DNA of 64,000 bases from Patescibacteria group bacterium (GCA_041649475.1 JBAZNA010000001.1:24895-88894); one strand, 5' to 3'; shown: positions 1 through 12,339, counted from the stretch's first letter. Notes: a model not told the origin generated them from the letters alone. Numbers and translations are program-made.

Positions 1-94
1 CTGAAAATTAAGGGCTGGAAGGGTCCGAAGGTAAATGTGATGAAGAAGAGTGCAGGAGACCCTATCTAATGGCGGCAAACATGATTGCGTACGC

Positions 95-167
95 GGGTCG
101 CTAGCTCAGCTGGTAGAGCAGATCCCTCTTAAGGATAAGGTCCAGGGTTCGATCCCCTGGCGACCCA
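95..167 (+). tRNA. tRNA-Lys(CTT)
   Basis: Cloverleaf GGGTCGC/GCGACCC, D-arm GCTC..GAGC, anticodon loop CT-CTT-AA, T-loop TTCGATC. Confidence 0.93.
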
Positions 168-174
168 CAATTTT

Positions 175-246
175 GCCTCCATAGTTTAATGGATAAAATT
201 CTAGGCTTCGAACCTAGCGATGGGAGTTCGATTCTCTCTGGAGGCA
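175..246 (+). tRNA. tRNA-Arg(TCG)
   Basis: GCCTCCA/TGGAGGC acceptor; CTAGG-CT-TCG-AA-CCTAG anticodon arm; TTCGATT T-loop. Confidence 0.93.
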
Positions 247-257
247 CGAGAAGTAAT

Positions 258-1079
258 TTACACGATCAAACCATCCACTTTCACCTTTTCTTCCTGATAG
301 AAATTATTTTCACCCAGCACTGCGGTGATTTCTTTTTTTAAGTCCTCCAAACCGGTTTGGCTGTCTGACATCGGAATAATTACAAACGGCAAGTCCTTGG
401 AAAATCTCTCTTCGCCAAAACCGTGATGGCCAAAAGCAATATTTATCGCCACCTTTAATTCTTCAAGCGTATAGTCAGCCGGCAAATGTTTTCGTTCAAT
501 AATAAATCCCATCGGCAAGCCGATTTCTCTGTTGGGATTAAACCCGCCGATACCATCATAATAAACCACGCGGGCCACATGAAACTCGGCCGGGCGCTCC
601 ATCTCTTCGGCCGGGATGTGATTATAATTTTCTTCATGCCCTAAACGGCCCATTTCTTCAGCAACCATTTTTGACCAATTTTTAGCATAATTTTCAATCT
701 GTTCAGCTGTTGGGTTAGTGCCCGGGAAATCCCTTTTATACGCCAAACCAGCTGCCCCACAACCCTCATGACTGGTAACCTCGGTTATACCTAAATCAAC
801 AAACATTTTAGCTGTTTTAGCAATCCGTTCTTCTTCAGAATTTGCCGGAAACAAAATTCCGGACCCGGCCAGACAAAATTTATTCTCCCCGCCATAATCT
901 TTAAAAGCAGTGCCTTCATCCATACAAACCACACACTGCAAGTCCTTGACAAAAGCATGTTTTAAATCCGGAAATTCTGTTTTAAAATATTTTTCCGCGC
1001 CGTCATTTAATAAAATTTTGATTTCGTCATTTTCCGCCTCCCAGGCAGATTGTTTTTCCTGCTCAATTTGGTCATCCAT
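258..1079 (-). CDS. Hypothetical protein with beta-carbonic-anhydrase-like metal-binding motifs
   Basis: 273 aa; VVCMDEG, LAGSG and SHEGCGAA resemble the CxD...HxxC metal ligands of beta-CA-like folds. Confidence 0.55.
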   Translation of the reverse strand: MDDQIEQEKQSAWEAENDEIKILLNDGAEKYFKTEFPDLKHAFVKDLQCVVCMDEGTAFKDYGGENKFCLAGSGILFPANSEEERIAKTAKMFVDLGITEVTSHEGCGAAGLAYKRDFPGTNPTAEQIENYAKNWSKMVAEEMGRLGHEENYNHIPAEEMERPAEFHVARVVYYDGIGGFNPNREIGLPMGFIIERKHLPADYTLEELKVAINIAFGHHGFGEERFSKDLPFVIIPMSDSQTGLEDLKKEITAVLGENNFYQEEKVKVDGLIV

Positions 1080-1135
1080 ATAAAAAAGTTAAAATTATAT
1101 CTAAAAGATACTATTTTTTACCGCAAAAGTCAAAC

Positions 1136-1180
1136 AAAAAAACTCGCAGTGCCGACCCGTCGTCGGATTCACTGCGAGCG
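1136..1180 (-). terminator. Intrinsic terminator downstream of 1198..1896
   Basis: Minus strand CTCGCAGTG...CACTGCGAG stem followed by TTTTTT. Confidence 0.75.
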
Positions 1181-1197
1181 TTATGAACAAAGAGCAA

Positions 1198-1896
1198 CTA
1201 CGAGTACAGGGCGTGCGGATAGTGCTCCAAAAGCCACTTCTCCGCGGCCTTGGTGGAGATGAAATAGGTGCGCTTGCGGGCGCTATTGCCGCCGTTGCCG
1301 TCATCGCCATAGTCCACATGCACAAAGCACGGAAACTTGACGTTCGTGAAAACGGGCATGGCCTTGAGACGGCGTTTAGCCTTGATGAGGCATGAGATCT
1401 CCTCCACAAAACTCATACCACAGAGCCCAGCCGCTCCACACGGCGCGTGGATGCAAAGTCCGACGGTCTTGATCTGCTTCATGCGAATGCCCAGCCAGAC
1501 ATTGATCATCAGTATGATATCCTGACGCATCGCCTTGCCCATGAACCAGATGACAGGGTAGAGGAGTAACAGCAAGATGCGCCAGCCGAAATCGAGATTG
1601 TTCTCAACCAGAAACTCGTAGTAGAACCTCGACATGTTGGCGAGCGGACTGGACGGCGAGAGTGCCAGCGCGCCACCATTTATTGCGAACAGATGAACAC
1701 GTTCGGCGCCGTATTGAGCCTCAACCAGAAGCCCGATGTGCTTCTTCATCTCGGGAAGCTGGTCCCCGTCGCTACACACACCGCCCAAGATGATGCCATT
1801 GTGCAACATCAACTTGCTGTCCGCCAGCTCGGTCAGGATGTTTGCTTTGCGGGCTTCCAGGACCTGCTCCCGATCCCTTTCGGACAACTTACCCAT
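1198..1896 (-). CDS. Beta-carbonic-anhydrase-like protein with internal hydrophobic segment
   Basis: 232 aa; VCSDG, NGGAL and HAPCGAA motifs; GGAGG SD; visibly more GC-rich than neighbours. Confidence 0.55.
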   Translation of the reverse strand: MGKLSERDREQVLEARKANILTELADSKLMLHNGIILGGVCSDGDQLPEMKKHIGLLVEAQYGAERVHLFAINGGALALSPSSPLANMSRFYYEFLVENNLDFGWRILLLLLYPVIWFMGKAMRQDIILMINVWLGIRMKQIKTVGLCIHAPCGAAGLCGMSFVEEISCLIKAKRRLKAMPVFTNVKFPCFVHVDYGDDGNGGNSARKRTYFISTKAAEKWLLEHYPHALYS

Positions 1897-2058
1897 GGCC
1901 TGCCTCCATTATATGGCTCCGCCTGACGGCGGATTGTTAACAAAATATGCGGCATTAGATTACCACAATTTTTTGAAACGGTCAAGGATCTGCTCCCGGT
2001 AAAAATTTATAAAATTTTTAATTTTTCTTCACCTGTGCATAACTTTGTCTTTATCCCC

Positions 2059-2087
2059 TTCACTTTTAGATAAAAACATTCTATAAT
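2059..2087 (+). promoter_or_regulatory. sigma70-type promoter for the basic microprotein gene
   Basis: TTCACT-17 nt-TATAAT; DnaA-box-like TGTGCATAA at 2034-2042 upstream. Confidence 0.6.
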
Positions 2088-2230
2088 AAAGGTGGTCGAG
2101 AAAATTTTTTACAGCAATGCTTGTCTTGTAAAAAATTCTTCAATAGATTTTTTCTATCGCTCGCGAGGAGAAAAAATTTATAATCATTTCTTAATCCCGG
2201 CATTGCCGGGAGAGAAAGGGGGTGTCTACT

Positions 2231-2287
2231 ATGGCCAAGAAGAAGAAAGCAAAGAAGAAAGTTAAGAAAGCTAAGAAACGACGTTAG
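2231..2287 (+). CDS. 18-aa Lys/Arg-rich microprotein MAKKKKAKKKVKKAKKRR (not in ORF track)
   Basis: ATG..TAG in frame; strong SD AAAGGGGGGTG just upstream; promoter upstream and terminator right after. Confidence 0.75.
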   Translation: MAKKKKAKKKVKKAKKRR

Positions 2288-2291
2288 TCAC

Positions 2292-2327
2292 AAAAAATCT
2301 TCCCGTTTAAATTGGGAAGATTTTTTT
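2292..2327. terminator. Bidirectional intrinsic terminator
   Basis: AAAAAA-TCTTCCC-loop-GGGAAGA-TTTTTTT between convergent genes. Confidence 0.85.
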
Positions 2328-2365
2328 GTTTATAATTTTATCCATTGCCGCAGGCGGGGCTAAAA

Positions 2366-3640
2366 TTAGAGCAATCTGGACTGTTTTAAATCGTTTTTTC
2401 TCCCGTCAGTTAACACTTCAACAACACCAAATTCTCCGTCATACCCCGGGTGCACCTTCACATGCCCGGCCCGCATATTGGCTATGGCTGTTAAAATATT
2501 GGCATCAGAAATATTTTTTTCAATTTCTTCTAAGCCCGCGTCCAATAAAATATAAAATTCACTGCCGATCTTTTTTATCATTAAATCATACTCGTTTTTT
2601 ACTTTTTTACTCGCCGGACCGACGTCGTATACTTTTCCCAGCACTTCTTTTAAAGGCACAATATACTTGTGCGGGATGAACTTATCCACAGGAATATTAT
2701 TTTCTTCGCGATCGGCCAAATCATCAACGCGGTGCAGAACGCCAACCGTTACCGGTTTCTTGCATTTCGGACAAATAAATTTTTTGGCCTTGGTTTCTTT
2801 TGGTGATAAAACGATTTCGCAATCGCGATGGCCGTCAAAATGATACTTTCCTTCCTCCGGATAAAATTCAATCGTGTATAAAAACTTTTTCTTATCACCG
2901 GTTTTGATAATGCGCGTGATTTCGTCATAATTTATATCCGCTTCATCCGCAAATTCAAACCGGTTGGCTTCCCTGCCTAAATTATTGAGGCCGTGCGCAT
3001 CGGAGTTTGATACCAGAGTAATGTTATCCAGTTTAGACAGCCGATGATTCATCGGTGGATCGCTGGAAAGCCCGGTTTCTCCGGCTTTTACATGCGGGGT
3101 CAGCTCTTCAAAGCACTCTTCAAATGAGTCATACCCGGATTTTGAACCCAAAACCGAAAACCACGGCGTCCAAATGTGGGCCGGTATCAGCATAAACCTC
3201 GGATCAATAGCCAAAATCATGCTTAAAATTACTTTTGCCGATAAACCCATAATCGGCCGACCGTCTGATCTGACATTTATATTTTTTTCTTCCAAAGCCC
3301 GATTAAATTTTTCTACTGCTTCAATACTTGGCGCCAAAATCAACAAATGCACCCGCCGGGTTTTATCTTTATGTTTGTAGATACACGAAATTTCAGTGCT
3401 TAAAATAAATTTTGTCGGGCTGGAATTATCTTTTAATTTATAAATTCCGGCGCCGGCGGCAACCTCCACTAAACTTTCTTTTATATGTTTAAACCACAGA
3501 GGATGGGTGTAGTCGCCGGTCGCCACGATATCAATCCCCTTGCCTTCGCAGGCCTTGGCAATTTTTGGCAATTCTAATTCAGCCGAGCAGGCCCGGGAAT
3601 AACGCGAGTGGATATGCAAATCCAGAATTTTTTTAAGCAC
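2366..3640 (-). CDS. Endonuclease Q family (PHP domain) protein
   Basis: DLHIHSRYS, GDYTHP, IPAHIWTPW, ETGLSSD, SNSDAH, GKYH..GHRDC, CPKC zinc site; likely GTG start at 3640. Confidence 0.85.
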   Translation of the reverse strand: MLKKILDLHIHSRYSRACSAELELPKIAKACEGKGIDIVATGDYTHPLWFKHIKESLVEVAAGAGIYKLKDNSSPTKFILSTEISCIYKHKDKTRRVHLLILAPSIEAVEKFNRALEEKNINVRSDGRPIMGLSAKVILSMILAIDPRFMLIPAHIWTPWFSVLGSKSGYDSFEECFEELTPHVKAGETGLSSDPPMNHRLSKLDNITLVSNSDAHGLNNLGREANRFEFADEADINYDEITRIIKTGDKKKFLYTIEFYPEEGKYHFDGHRDCEIVLSPKETKAKKFICPKCKKPVTVGVLHRVDDLADREENNIPVDKFIPHKYIVPLKEVLGKVYDVGPASKKVKNEYDLMIKKIGSEFYILLDAGLEEIEKNISDANILTAIANMRAGHVKVHPGYDGEFGVVEVLTDGRKNDLKQSRLL

Positions 3641-3650
3641 AAATCTTTTC

Positions 3651-4127
3651 TTATGTGTCCAGCCCTTTTTGAAAAGCATTTTTATTTTCCTCCCAGCCAG
3701 CTTTTTCTTTCAGCCGTCCTTCAAGCAGCATCAGGGTTTCGGCAATCTTTAAAACGCCCTTGTGTTCCAACAGTTTCGCCAAAAGTCCGAGAAAAAATAC
3801 ATTAAAATTTTTCGCCTGCAGTCCGGCAAGACCCGCGTAATCCTTAACATCAAAAATTTTTACATCATCGGATATATAATTTGTTGTCCGCTCCCTGGCC
3901 TGATCGGACATGATCACCAAAATATCCGGTTCAGTGAATTTCGGATAAGAAATGCCTTTGTCGCTGATTTGGATAAAGGCCAAAGACACGCCTCCCCTTT
4001 GTTCCAGCCCGTAATTGGGAATATAGGTAACGTGCTTGTTGTTTTCAAAAACGGCCTTGCAGATAACGTCAGCCATCAGCTGAATTCCCTGGCCCCCGTC
4101 GCCGGCTAAAATTATTTTTAACAGCAT
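3651..4127 (-). CDS. 2-oxoacid:ferredoxin oxidoreductase gamma subunit
   Basis: AGDGGQGI, YGLEQRGG motifs; operon with alpha and beta. Confidence 0.9.
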   Translation of the reverse strand: MLLKIILAGDGGQGIQLMADVICKAVFENNKHVTYIPNYGLEQRGGVSLAFIQISDKGISYPKFTEPDILVIMSDQARERTTNYISDDVKIFDVKDYAGLAGLQAKNFNVFFLGLLAKLLEHKGVLKIAETLMLLEGRLKEKAGWEENKNAFQKGLDT

Positions 4128-4129
4128 AA

Positions 4130-4804
4130 TTAAATTTCTCCTGTTTTAAAAGTTTGTTTTAAATTTTCCAAATAGGCAATCGTGCCCTGACCAATGGTTT
4201 TCCAATTGGTCGGACAGAAAGACAAAAATTCAATTAGTGAAAAATGACCCGCTTGCTGGGTTTCAATTGCTTTGCGGATAAATTCCTGCATTTGTTTAAC
4301 GTCGTTTACGGCGGTTCTGGCCAAATACGCGCCTTCCTGCACTACGCTTTTTAACAGCTCCGGGCCAAACAACGCCTCCTCTTCATAACCATGAGGATGG
4401 GTGTCGGTCTTTTGTCCTTTTAAAGTTGTCGGCGCGGTCTGACCGCCGGTCATCCCGTAAAGTGTGTTGTTTATTACAAAAACCGTGATTGGCTCATCGC
4501 GCCTGGCCGCATATAATAAGCTCTGCAAACCAATTGCATAGGCCCCGCCGTCGCCGGTATAACCAAAACACAAGGACTCCGGCCTGGCTTTCTTAAAACC
4601 CATCATTGTCGGAGTCACCCGGCCGTGGTGGGTCTGAAAGGTGTTTACCGGCAAAAAATTCCAGGCCAAAAGCGAACAACCGATGTCCAAACCCAAAACA
4701 GCTTTGTCTTCAAATTTTAAATCTTTCAGAACTTTCCCCAGCATCATGAGCACTATCGGGTGTCCACAGCCGGCGCAAAATTTTGACGGTGCTAAATTCG
4801 GCAT
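4130..4804 (-). CDS. 2-oxoacid:ferredoxin oxidoreductase beta subunit (TPP-binding)
   Basis: FCAGCGH, DIGC, GDGG...NN..YGMTGGQ, CPTNW. Confidence 0.92.
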   Translation of the reverse strand: MPNLAPSKFCAGCGHPIVLMMLGKVLKDLKFEDKAVLGLDIGCSLLAWNFLPVNTFQTHHGRVTPTMMGFKKARPESLCFGYTGDGGAYAIGLQSLLYAARRDEPITVFVINNTLYGMTGGQTAPTTLKGQKTDTHPHGYEEEALFGPELLKSVVQEGAYLARTAVNDVKQMQEFIRKAIETQQAGHFSLIEFLSFCPTNWKTIGQGTIAYLENLKQTFKTGEI

Positions 4805-4805
4805 A

Positions 4806-5834
4806 CTATTTTAAAAATTTTATAATCTCTTCCGGTTCAATCCCCAAAGCCGGATGCTGTAAATATTCAAATGGAACTGAAACTTCCGGAGCCAGCTGGT
4901 CGCGCACTATCCTGGCCAACTGTCCCAAACTTGATTCAATAACGATGATTTTTTCTACATTCTTACAAACTTTATCCAATTCTTTTTTGGGAAACGGGCT
5001 TAAAGTGACAGGACGGAACAACCCGACTTTTTTTCCTTTCTCCCGCAGATGATCAACCGCGGACTTTGCACTCGCCCCGACAATTCCGTGAGCGATTAAT
5101 AAAATCTTGGCATCTTTAGTTTGATATTCTTCGGCTTCGGCAATTTTTCCGGCCATTTTATGAAAATCTTTTTGCGACTCTAAAACATGGTCGTGCAACT
5201 CTTCCTCAAAGGTATAAATATTTCGCCAATGCCTGATTTCTTCGTCTTTGATAAACTGCTGGGCCGGAATATTTTTTAGACCATCTGTTAATTCTGAAAA
5301 ATCAATCACACCCTTGGTTTTGAGCATGTAACCGTCAGTTAAAACAATCGCCGGAAAATGATACTGCCAAGCGTTATTAAACGCTTTTCTCGTCAACAAA
5401 TAAAGCTCATCCAAATTTGCAGGAGAATAAACAATGCGCATTCCCTCGCCATTGCCCCCATAACAGGCCAAAATAACCTCCTGCTGGGAATAAATCACTG
5501 TGCCGGAGCTTGGCCCGCCTCTTTGCGCAATAACAGCCACAAAAGGCAACCTCATGCCTTCGGCCATGCTCAAGGCGTCCTGCATCAAGATATGTCCCGG
5601 CCCGGCCGTGGCCGTAAAACATTTCTGCCCGGCCAGCACTCCCCCGCAGACCCCAAAACCAGCCGCGATTTCATCTTCGGTCTGTAAATACTTACCGCCT
5701 TTTTTTATCCAACCGGTAAAAACCTCGGTTGCCGGCGTGATCGGGTAACCATACATCATTTCAGCCCCGGCATCCTGCGCTGCTCTGGCTACCACTTCGG
5801 CTCCGGTTGTAAATTGTTTTTTATTATTTAGCAT
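4806..5834 (-). CDS. 2-oxoacid:ferredoxin oxidoreductase alpha subunit
   Basis: GYPITPATE, EDEIAA, TATAGPG, QRGGPSSG. Confidence 0.92.
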   Translation of the reverse strand: MLNNKKQFTTGAEVVARAAQDAGAEMMYGYPITPATEVFTGWIKKGGKYLQTEDEIAAGFGVCGGVLAGQKCFTATAGPGHILMQDALSMAEGMRLPFVAVIAQRGGPSSGTVIYSQQEVILACYGGNGEGMRIVYSPANLDELYLLTRKAFNNAWQYHFPAIVLTDGYMLKTKGVIDFSELTDGLKNIPAQQFIKDEEIRHWRNIYTFEEELHDHVLESQKDFHKMAGKIAEAEEYQTKDAKILLIAHGIVGASAKSAVDHLREKGKKVGLFRPVTLSPFPKKELDKVCKNVEKIIVIESSLGQLARIVRDQLAPEVSVPFEYLQHPALGIEPEEIIKFLK

Positions 5835-5839
5835 ACAAA

Positions 5840-6589
5840 TTATATGGCCTCGGCCAACTGCAGTTCCTCTTGTGAATTAACTCCCAAGGCCTCTCTGGCA
5901 TTGATCAGTACAGAAGAAGTTTTCTGTTCGTCATCAATTGCCTGTTTTACCAAATCCGTAAGATAATATTCCTGCTGAGCGTTATTATTTTTTAAATTCT
6001 TTAAATTTTTCCATAACCAATCTGCCTGAAAACAAAAGTAAGCCGGATTTATTTCTTTTATTTCTAATTCTTCCGCAGTCGCATCCTTTTTTTCAACAAT
6101 TTTCGCAATGCGCCCATCGCTGTCACGCACGATTCTGCCAAAATTATAAAAAGGCATGCGCCAATCCTCAAAATCAGGTACAACAGCGGTCATCATTGTG
6201 ATAATATCGTTATTATCCAAATGAATTTTTATCAATTTAGCAACTGATTGGCTGGTTAAATATGGATGGTCGCCATACAGCACGATAATATGGCCCACTT
6301 TATCTTTGAGCAAACTTTCGGCGCAAGCCACGGCGTGGCCGGTACCTAACTGTTCGGTTTGCACGGCAAAATTAACCCGATCACCCAAAAAATCACGCAC
6401 CAAATTATTGGTATTACTTACCACCACCGTTGGTTTAATTCCCAAACCTTCAACCACCCTGACAACATAATCTACTATTGGCTTACCTTTTAATTGATGC
6501 AATACTTTTGGCAAATCACTTTTCATTCTTTTACCCTGACCAGCCGCCAAAATCACAGCGCCCACATTGGTAAATTGTTCTTGCGTCAT
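5840..6589 (-). CDS. GlmU-like N-acetylglucosamine-1-phosphate uridylyltransferase (N-terminal domain only)
   Basis: ILAAGQGKRMKSDLPKVL, QLGTGHAV, IVEKKDA, QQEYYLTD, GVNS; 249 aa, no hexapeptide acetyltransferase domain. Confidence 0.85.
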   Translation of the reverse strand: MTQEQFTNVGAVILAAGQGKRMKSDLPKVLHQLKGKPIVDYVVRVVEGLGIKPTVVVSNTNNLVRDFLGDRVNFAVQTEQLGTGHAVACAESLLKDKVGHIIVLYGDHPYLTSQSVAKLIKIHLDNNDIITMMTAVVPDFEDWRMPFYNFGRIVRDSDGRIAKIVEKKDATAEELEIKEINPAYFCFQADWLWKNLKNLKNNNAQQEYYLTDLVKQAIDDEQKTSSVLINAREALGVNSQEELQLAEAI

Positions 6590-6595
6590 AGAATT

Positions 6596-7414
6596 TTAGC
6601 CGTTTAAAACAATTTCAGCGATATCCGCAAACCGCTTTGCAACGGTTCCGTCTAAAAATTTTTGCTGGGTTTTTTCATCAGAATACTGGGAAATTTCCTG
6701 CCACAACGCCCGGCCGGCCAAAAATCCAACCGCCCCGGCCCCGACCGCTTCAACCAGTTCTTTTCTGAAAACTTCAAAAGAATCACCGCGAGTCAGCAAT
6801 ATCCAGGGGGTTTTGCCAACCATCTCCGTAATTTTTTTACACGATTTCGCGTCGCCCGGATATTCCAATTTCCAGACATCCGGAATAACATTTGCTGAAA
6901 TAAATTTTTGGAGTGACCTTAGCACCCATTCAGAACGGCTCTTGCCCAACTCCTCATTGCCGTAAGTAACAATCTCCAAAAACAACGGTAAATCATTTTG
7001 GTGTGCGTCTGCCAAAGCTTGCTTGGTAACTTCAATTTGCGCCGCGCAACTATCGGCTTCGGGATTAAAATATATGAGTAATTTGACGCCGCTGGCCCCC
7101 CACTCTTTTAATTGACTCGCTGTGTACTCCAATTCAGTTAACCGTTCGCCTTTCACGTCACTATAACCGGTCTTTTCCAGACACAAAAGAAACGGTTTTT
7201 TCTTGTCATAGCCGGGCAAACCCCAATCCGGATCAAGCAAAACCCCGCTGAATTGATCTTCCAGCGCCCCGGTAATCATTGATTTTACTTTTATCACTTC
7301 CGCATCGGTGGCGGTCTCGGGCGCTTTTGGTTTTACGTATTTTTTAAAACTGCCCCGGTGATCAAGGGCTAACATTAAGTATTTTCCGGCTTTTTGAAAT
7401 TGAGAAATAGACAT
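6596..7414 (-). CDS. Class I aldolase, tagatose-1,6-bisphosphate aldolase (LacD/YihT)-like
   Basis: MLALDHRGS, GVKLLIYFNP, DVWKLE, GFLAGRALW. Confidence 0.8.
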   Translation of the reverse strand: MSISQFQKAGKYLMLALDHRGSFKKYVKPKAPETATDAEVIKVKSMITGALEDQFSGVLLDPDWGLPGYDKKKPFLLCLEKTGYSDVKGERLTELEYTASQLKEWGASGVKLLIYFNPEADSCAAQIEVTKQALADAHQNDLPLFLEIVTYGNEELGKSRSEWVLRSLQKFISANVIPDVWKLEYPGDAKSCKKITEMVGKTPWILLTRGDSFEVFRKELVEAVGAGAVGFLAGRALWQEISQYSDEKTQQKFLDGTVAKRFADIAEIVLNG

Positions 7415-7438
7415 ATGCCGATATTATAACAAAGGGGC

Positions 7439-7466
7439 TTGACATAGGCAATACTGGTGGTATGCT
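7439..7466 (+). promoter_or_regulatory. sigma70-type promoter of the methyltransferase gene
   Basis: TTGACA-16 nt-TATGCT with extended TG; divergent TATAAT for the aldolase operon at 7423-7428. Confidence 0.6.
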
Positions 7467-7475
7467 GGAGGGAAT

Positions 7476-8213
7476 ATGCAGAATGAACCCTTAAGCATCA
7501 AAACCTGGTGGGGAGAAGGCGGGGAATATCATATCGGGGAAGCACCCAGCGCCTACGTAATGAAAGACGGTATTAATTTTATCTCCCAGTATCTAAATGG
7601 CGGTAATCCGCTGGTGGATTTTGGAGTTTGGAGCGGACGTAATTTGGAACCACTCCTGTCGCTCAAAAAAAATGTCATGGCCACTGATATAAATTCGGCC
7701 AGACCGGCTGTGGCCAAGGCCAAAGAACGCTTTCCACAAGTACAATTTTTTGAATCCCCCTTAACCGCTCTTCCTTTTGATTGCAATTCCATCGGCGGAG
7801 GCATTTGCTGGCGCGTTCTTCATAACCTGATCGGCACGGCTGAAATTATTAATTCACTTAAAGAAATAAACCGTGTTTTAATACCTAATGCACCTCTCTT
7901 GGTAGCTGTCCGCACTGAAGAAGAACCCATTGGAACCGGATTTTGGAAAAAACTATCCAGCTATATTAAACAAAAACCCAATGGCGCCGGCGGCTCCAGA
8001 CGCGATATATATTTTACTGAAAAATCCTTCAATCTGCTGGCCACGCTAATGGGCTTTGAGGTTATCTTTTCCACTAAAATTTGGGAGAAAGAATCAATTA
8101 ACGGACAGGAACTAAACAATCAATATTTAGTCGCCCATCTTCTTAAAAAGAAAAACACCATGGATAGGGCCTGGATCGCCATGGTGCAACAATTTATTAT
8201 CCGCTTGGACTGA
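7476..8213 (+). CDS. Class I SAM-dependent methyltransferase
   Basis: LVDFGVWSGRN, TDIN, LPFD, EINRVL.P motifs. Confidence 0.75.
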   Translation: MQNEPLSIKTWWGEGGEYHIGEAPSAYVMKDGINFISQYLNGGNPLVDFGVWSGRNLEPLLSLKKNVMATDINSARPAVAKAKERFPQVQFFESPLTALPFDCNSIGGGICWRVLHNLIGTAEIINSLKEINRVLIPNAPLLVAVRTEEEPIGTGFWKKLSSYIKQKPNGAGGSRRDIYFTEKSFNLLATLMGFEVIFSTKIWEKESINGQELNNQYLVAHLLKKKNTMDRAWIAMVQQFIIRLD

Positions 8214-8876
8214 TTATTTTTCGCCGTCCCATTCAGCCAAAAACTCTTCAATAAAATTATGAAGATACTGCTCTCTTTTTAAAGCAATAGCTTTGCCGAG
8301 TTTGGTATTCATCAGTTTCGGCAATTTGAAGGCCTTCTCGTAAAAATAATTAAAACTGGTGCCTTCTCTTTTTCTAAGCTGATAATCTTTTTTGCTCATC
8401 TTGCGGCGGGGTTTTCTTTTTGGATCATGAATCATGCGTTGGATATAACCGCCGGTGGCAAAAATCCGCGCTATCCCCAGCGCTCCAATAGTTTCCAGCC
8501 AGTCCGCGTCTTGAACAATTCTTCCTTCAATGGTTGATGGCACCCTGGTTTCACTGCCGTTAAATTGTGATTCGTCTATAATTTTTACTATTTTATCCTG
8601 CACATCTTTATCAATATCCAAAACATCCATCATTCCTAAAAGAATAAAAGGTCCCTTAAGGTCGCTCGTCTGATATTGTTGTCTGAAATTTTCAAATTCA
8701 TGAAGTAGCACTGCCAATTCAACCAATTCCAAATTGCCGCCTTCAGCTTTCTGAATCCGTTTTGCCATTTGCCAAACCCGCTCCACATGATACCAATCAT
8801 GGCCGGTGTGCTCGATTATAAGTTTTTGTTTGACGTATTCCGCTGTTTTTTGCACTAAATTTTGAGAAACAACCAT
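8214..8876 (-). CDS. HD-domain phosphohydrolase (YedJ-like)
   Basis: GHDWYHVERV, LLHE, IVQDAD..IGALGIAR.F, MNT..GK.IA..R. Confidence 0.8.
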   Translation of the reverse strand: MVVSQNLVQKTAEYVKQKLIIEHTGHDWYHVERVWQMAKRIQKAEGGNLELVELAVLLHEFENFRQQYQTSDLKGPFILLGMMDVLDIDKDVQDKIVKIIDESQFNGSETRVPSTIEGRIVQDADWLETIGALGIARIFATGGYIQRMIHDPKRKPRRKMSKKDYQLRKREGTSFNYFYEKAFKLPKLMNTKLGKAIALKREQYLHNFIEEFLAEWDGEK

Positions 8877-8957
8877 AAATGAAATATCAAAATTTACGCC
8901 TCTAATTTACCACATTTGGGCATAGGGGTCAATTTCAACAAACAAAAAAGACCATTG

Positions 8958-9065
<108 letters not shown>

Positions 9066-9142
9066 CAATGGTCTTTTTTAAATTTTTAAAACATTGGCAT
9101 TGAACAGTCAACAATGGATATAAGCACAACTAAGTGCTTCTT

Positions 9143-12129
<2,987 letters not shown>

Positions 12130-12186
12130 CTAAAGCACTCAATCGTGCTTAGTCGCTTCTACCCTATTATTGTTGACTTATTCAAT

Positions 12187-12199
12187 TGTCAATGAACAT
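12187..12199 (-). promoter_or_regulatory. BoxA-like antitermination element of the rRNA leader
   Basis: Minus strand ATGTTCATTGACA resembles BoxA TGCTCTTTAACA; lies at the base of the 23S processing stem. Confidence 0.5.
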
Positions 12200-12290
12200 T
12201 TGCCATGTTCATCCGCTTCCAGAAATTCTCTCACACGTATTACACCAAATTTTGGTATGATTCGTGTTTTAAAATTTCGATTTGAGATTT

Positions 12291-12316
12291 AAAAAGAACC
12301 GCGGCAAGCGGTCCCT
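12291..12316 (-). terminator. Intrinsic terminator inside the 23S-5S leader
   Basis: Minus strand AGGGACCGC-TTGCC-GCGGTTC-TTTTT. Confidence 0.7.
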
Positions 12317-12339
12317 TTAAAATTCAGTAAAACTGAACT

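Noticed and set aside
1-94. Open frame 1-69 (LKIKGWKGPKVNVMKKSAGDPI*) or a possible ncRNA end before tRNA-Lys
   Set aside because: Truncated by the window edge; no recognisable protein, tmRNA or RNase P motif
1985-2230. AT-rich intergenic region with a DnaA-like box as possible oriC
   Set aside because: Only one good box, no dnaA/dnaN nearby; better explained by divergent promoters and a structured leader
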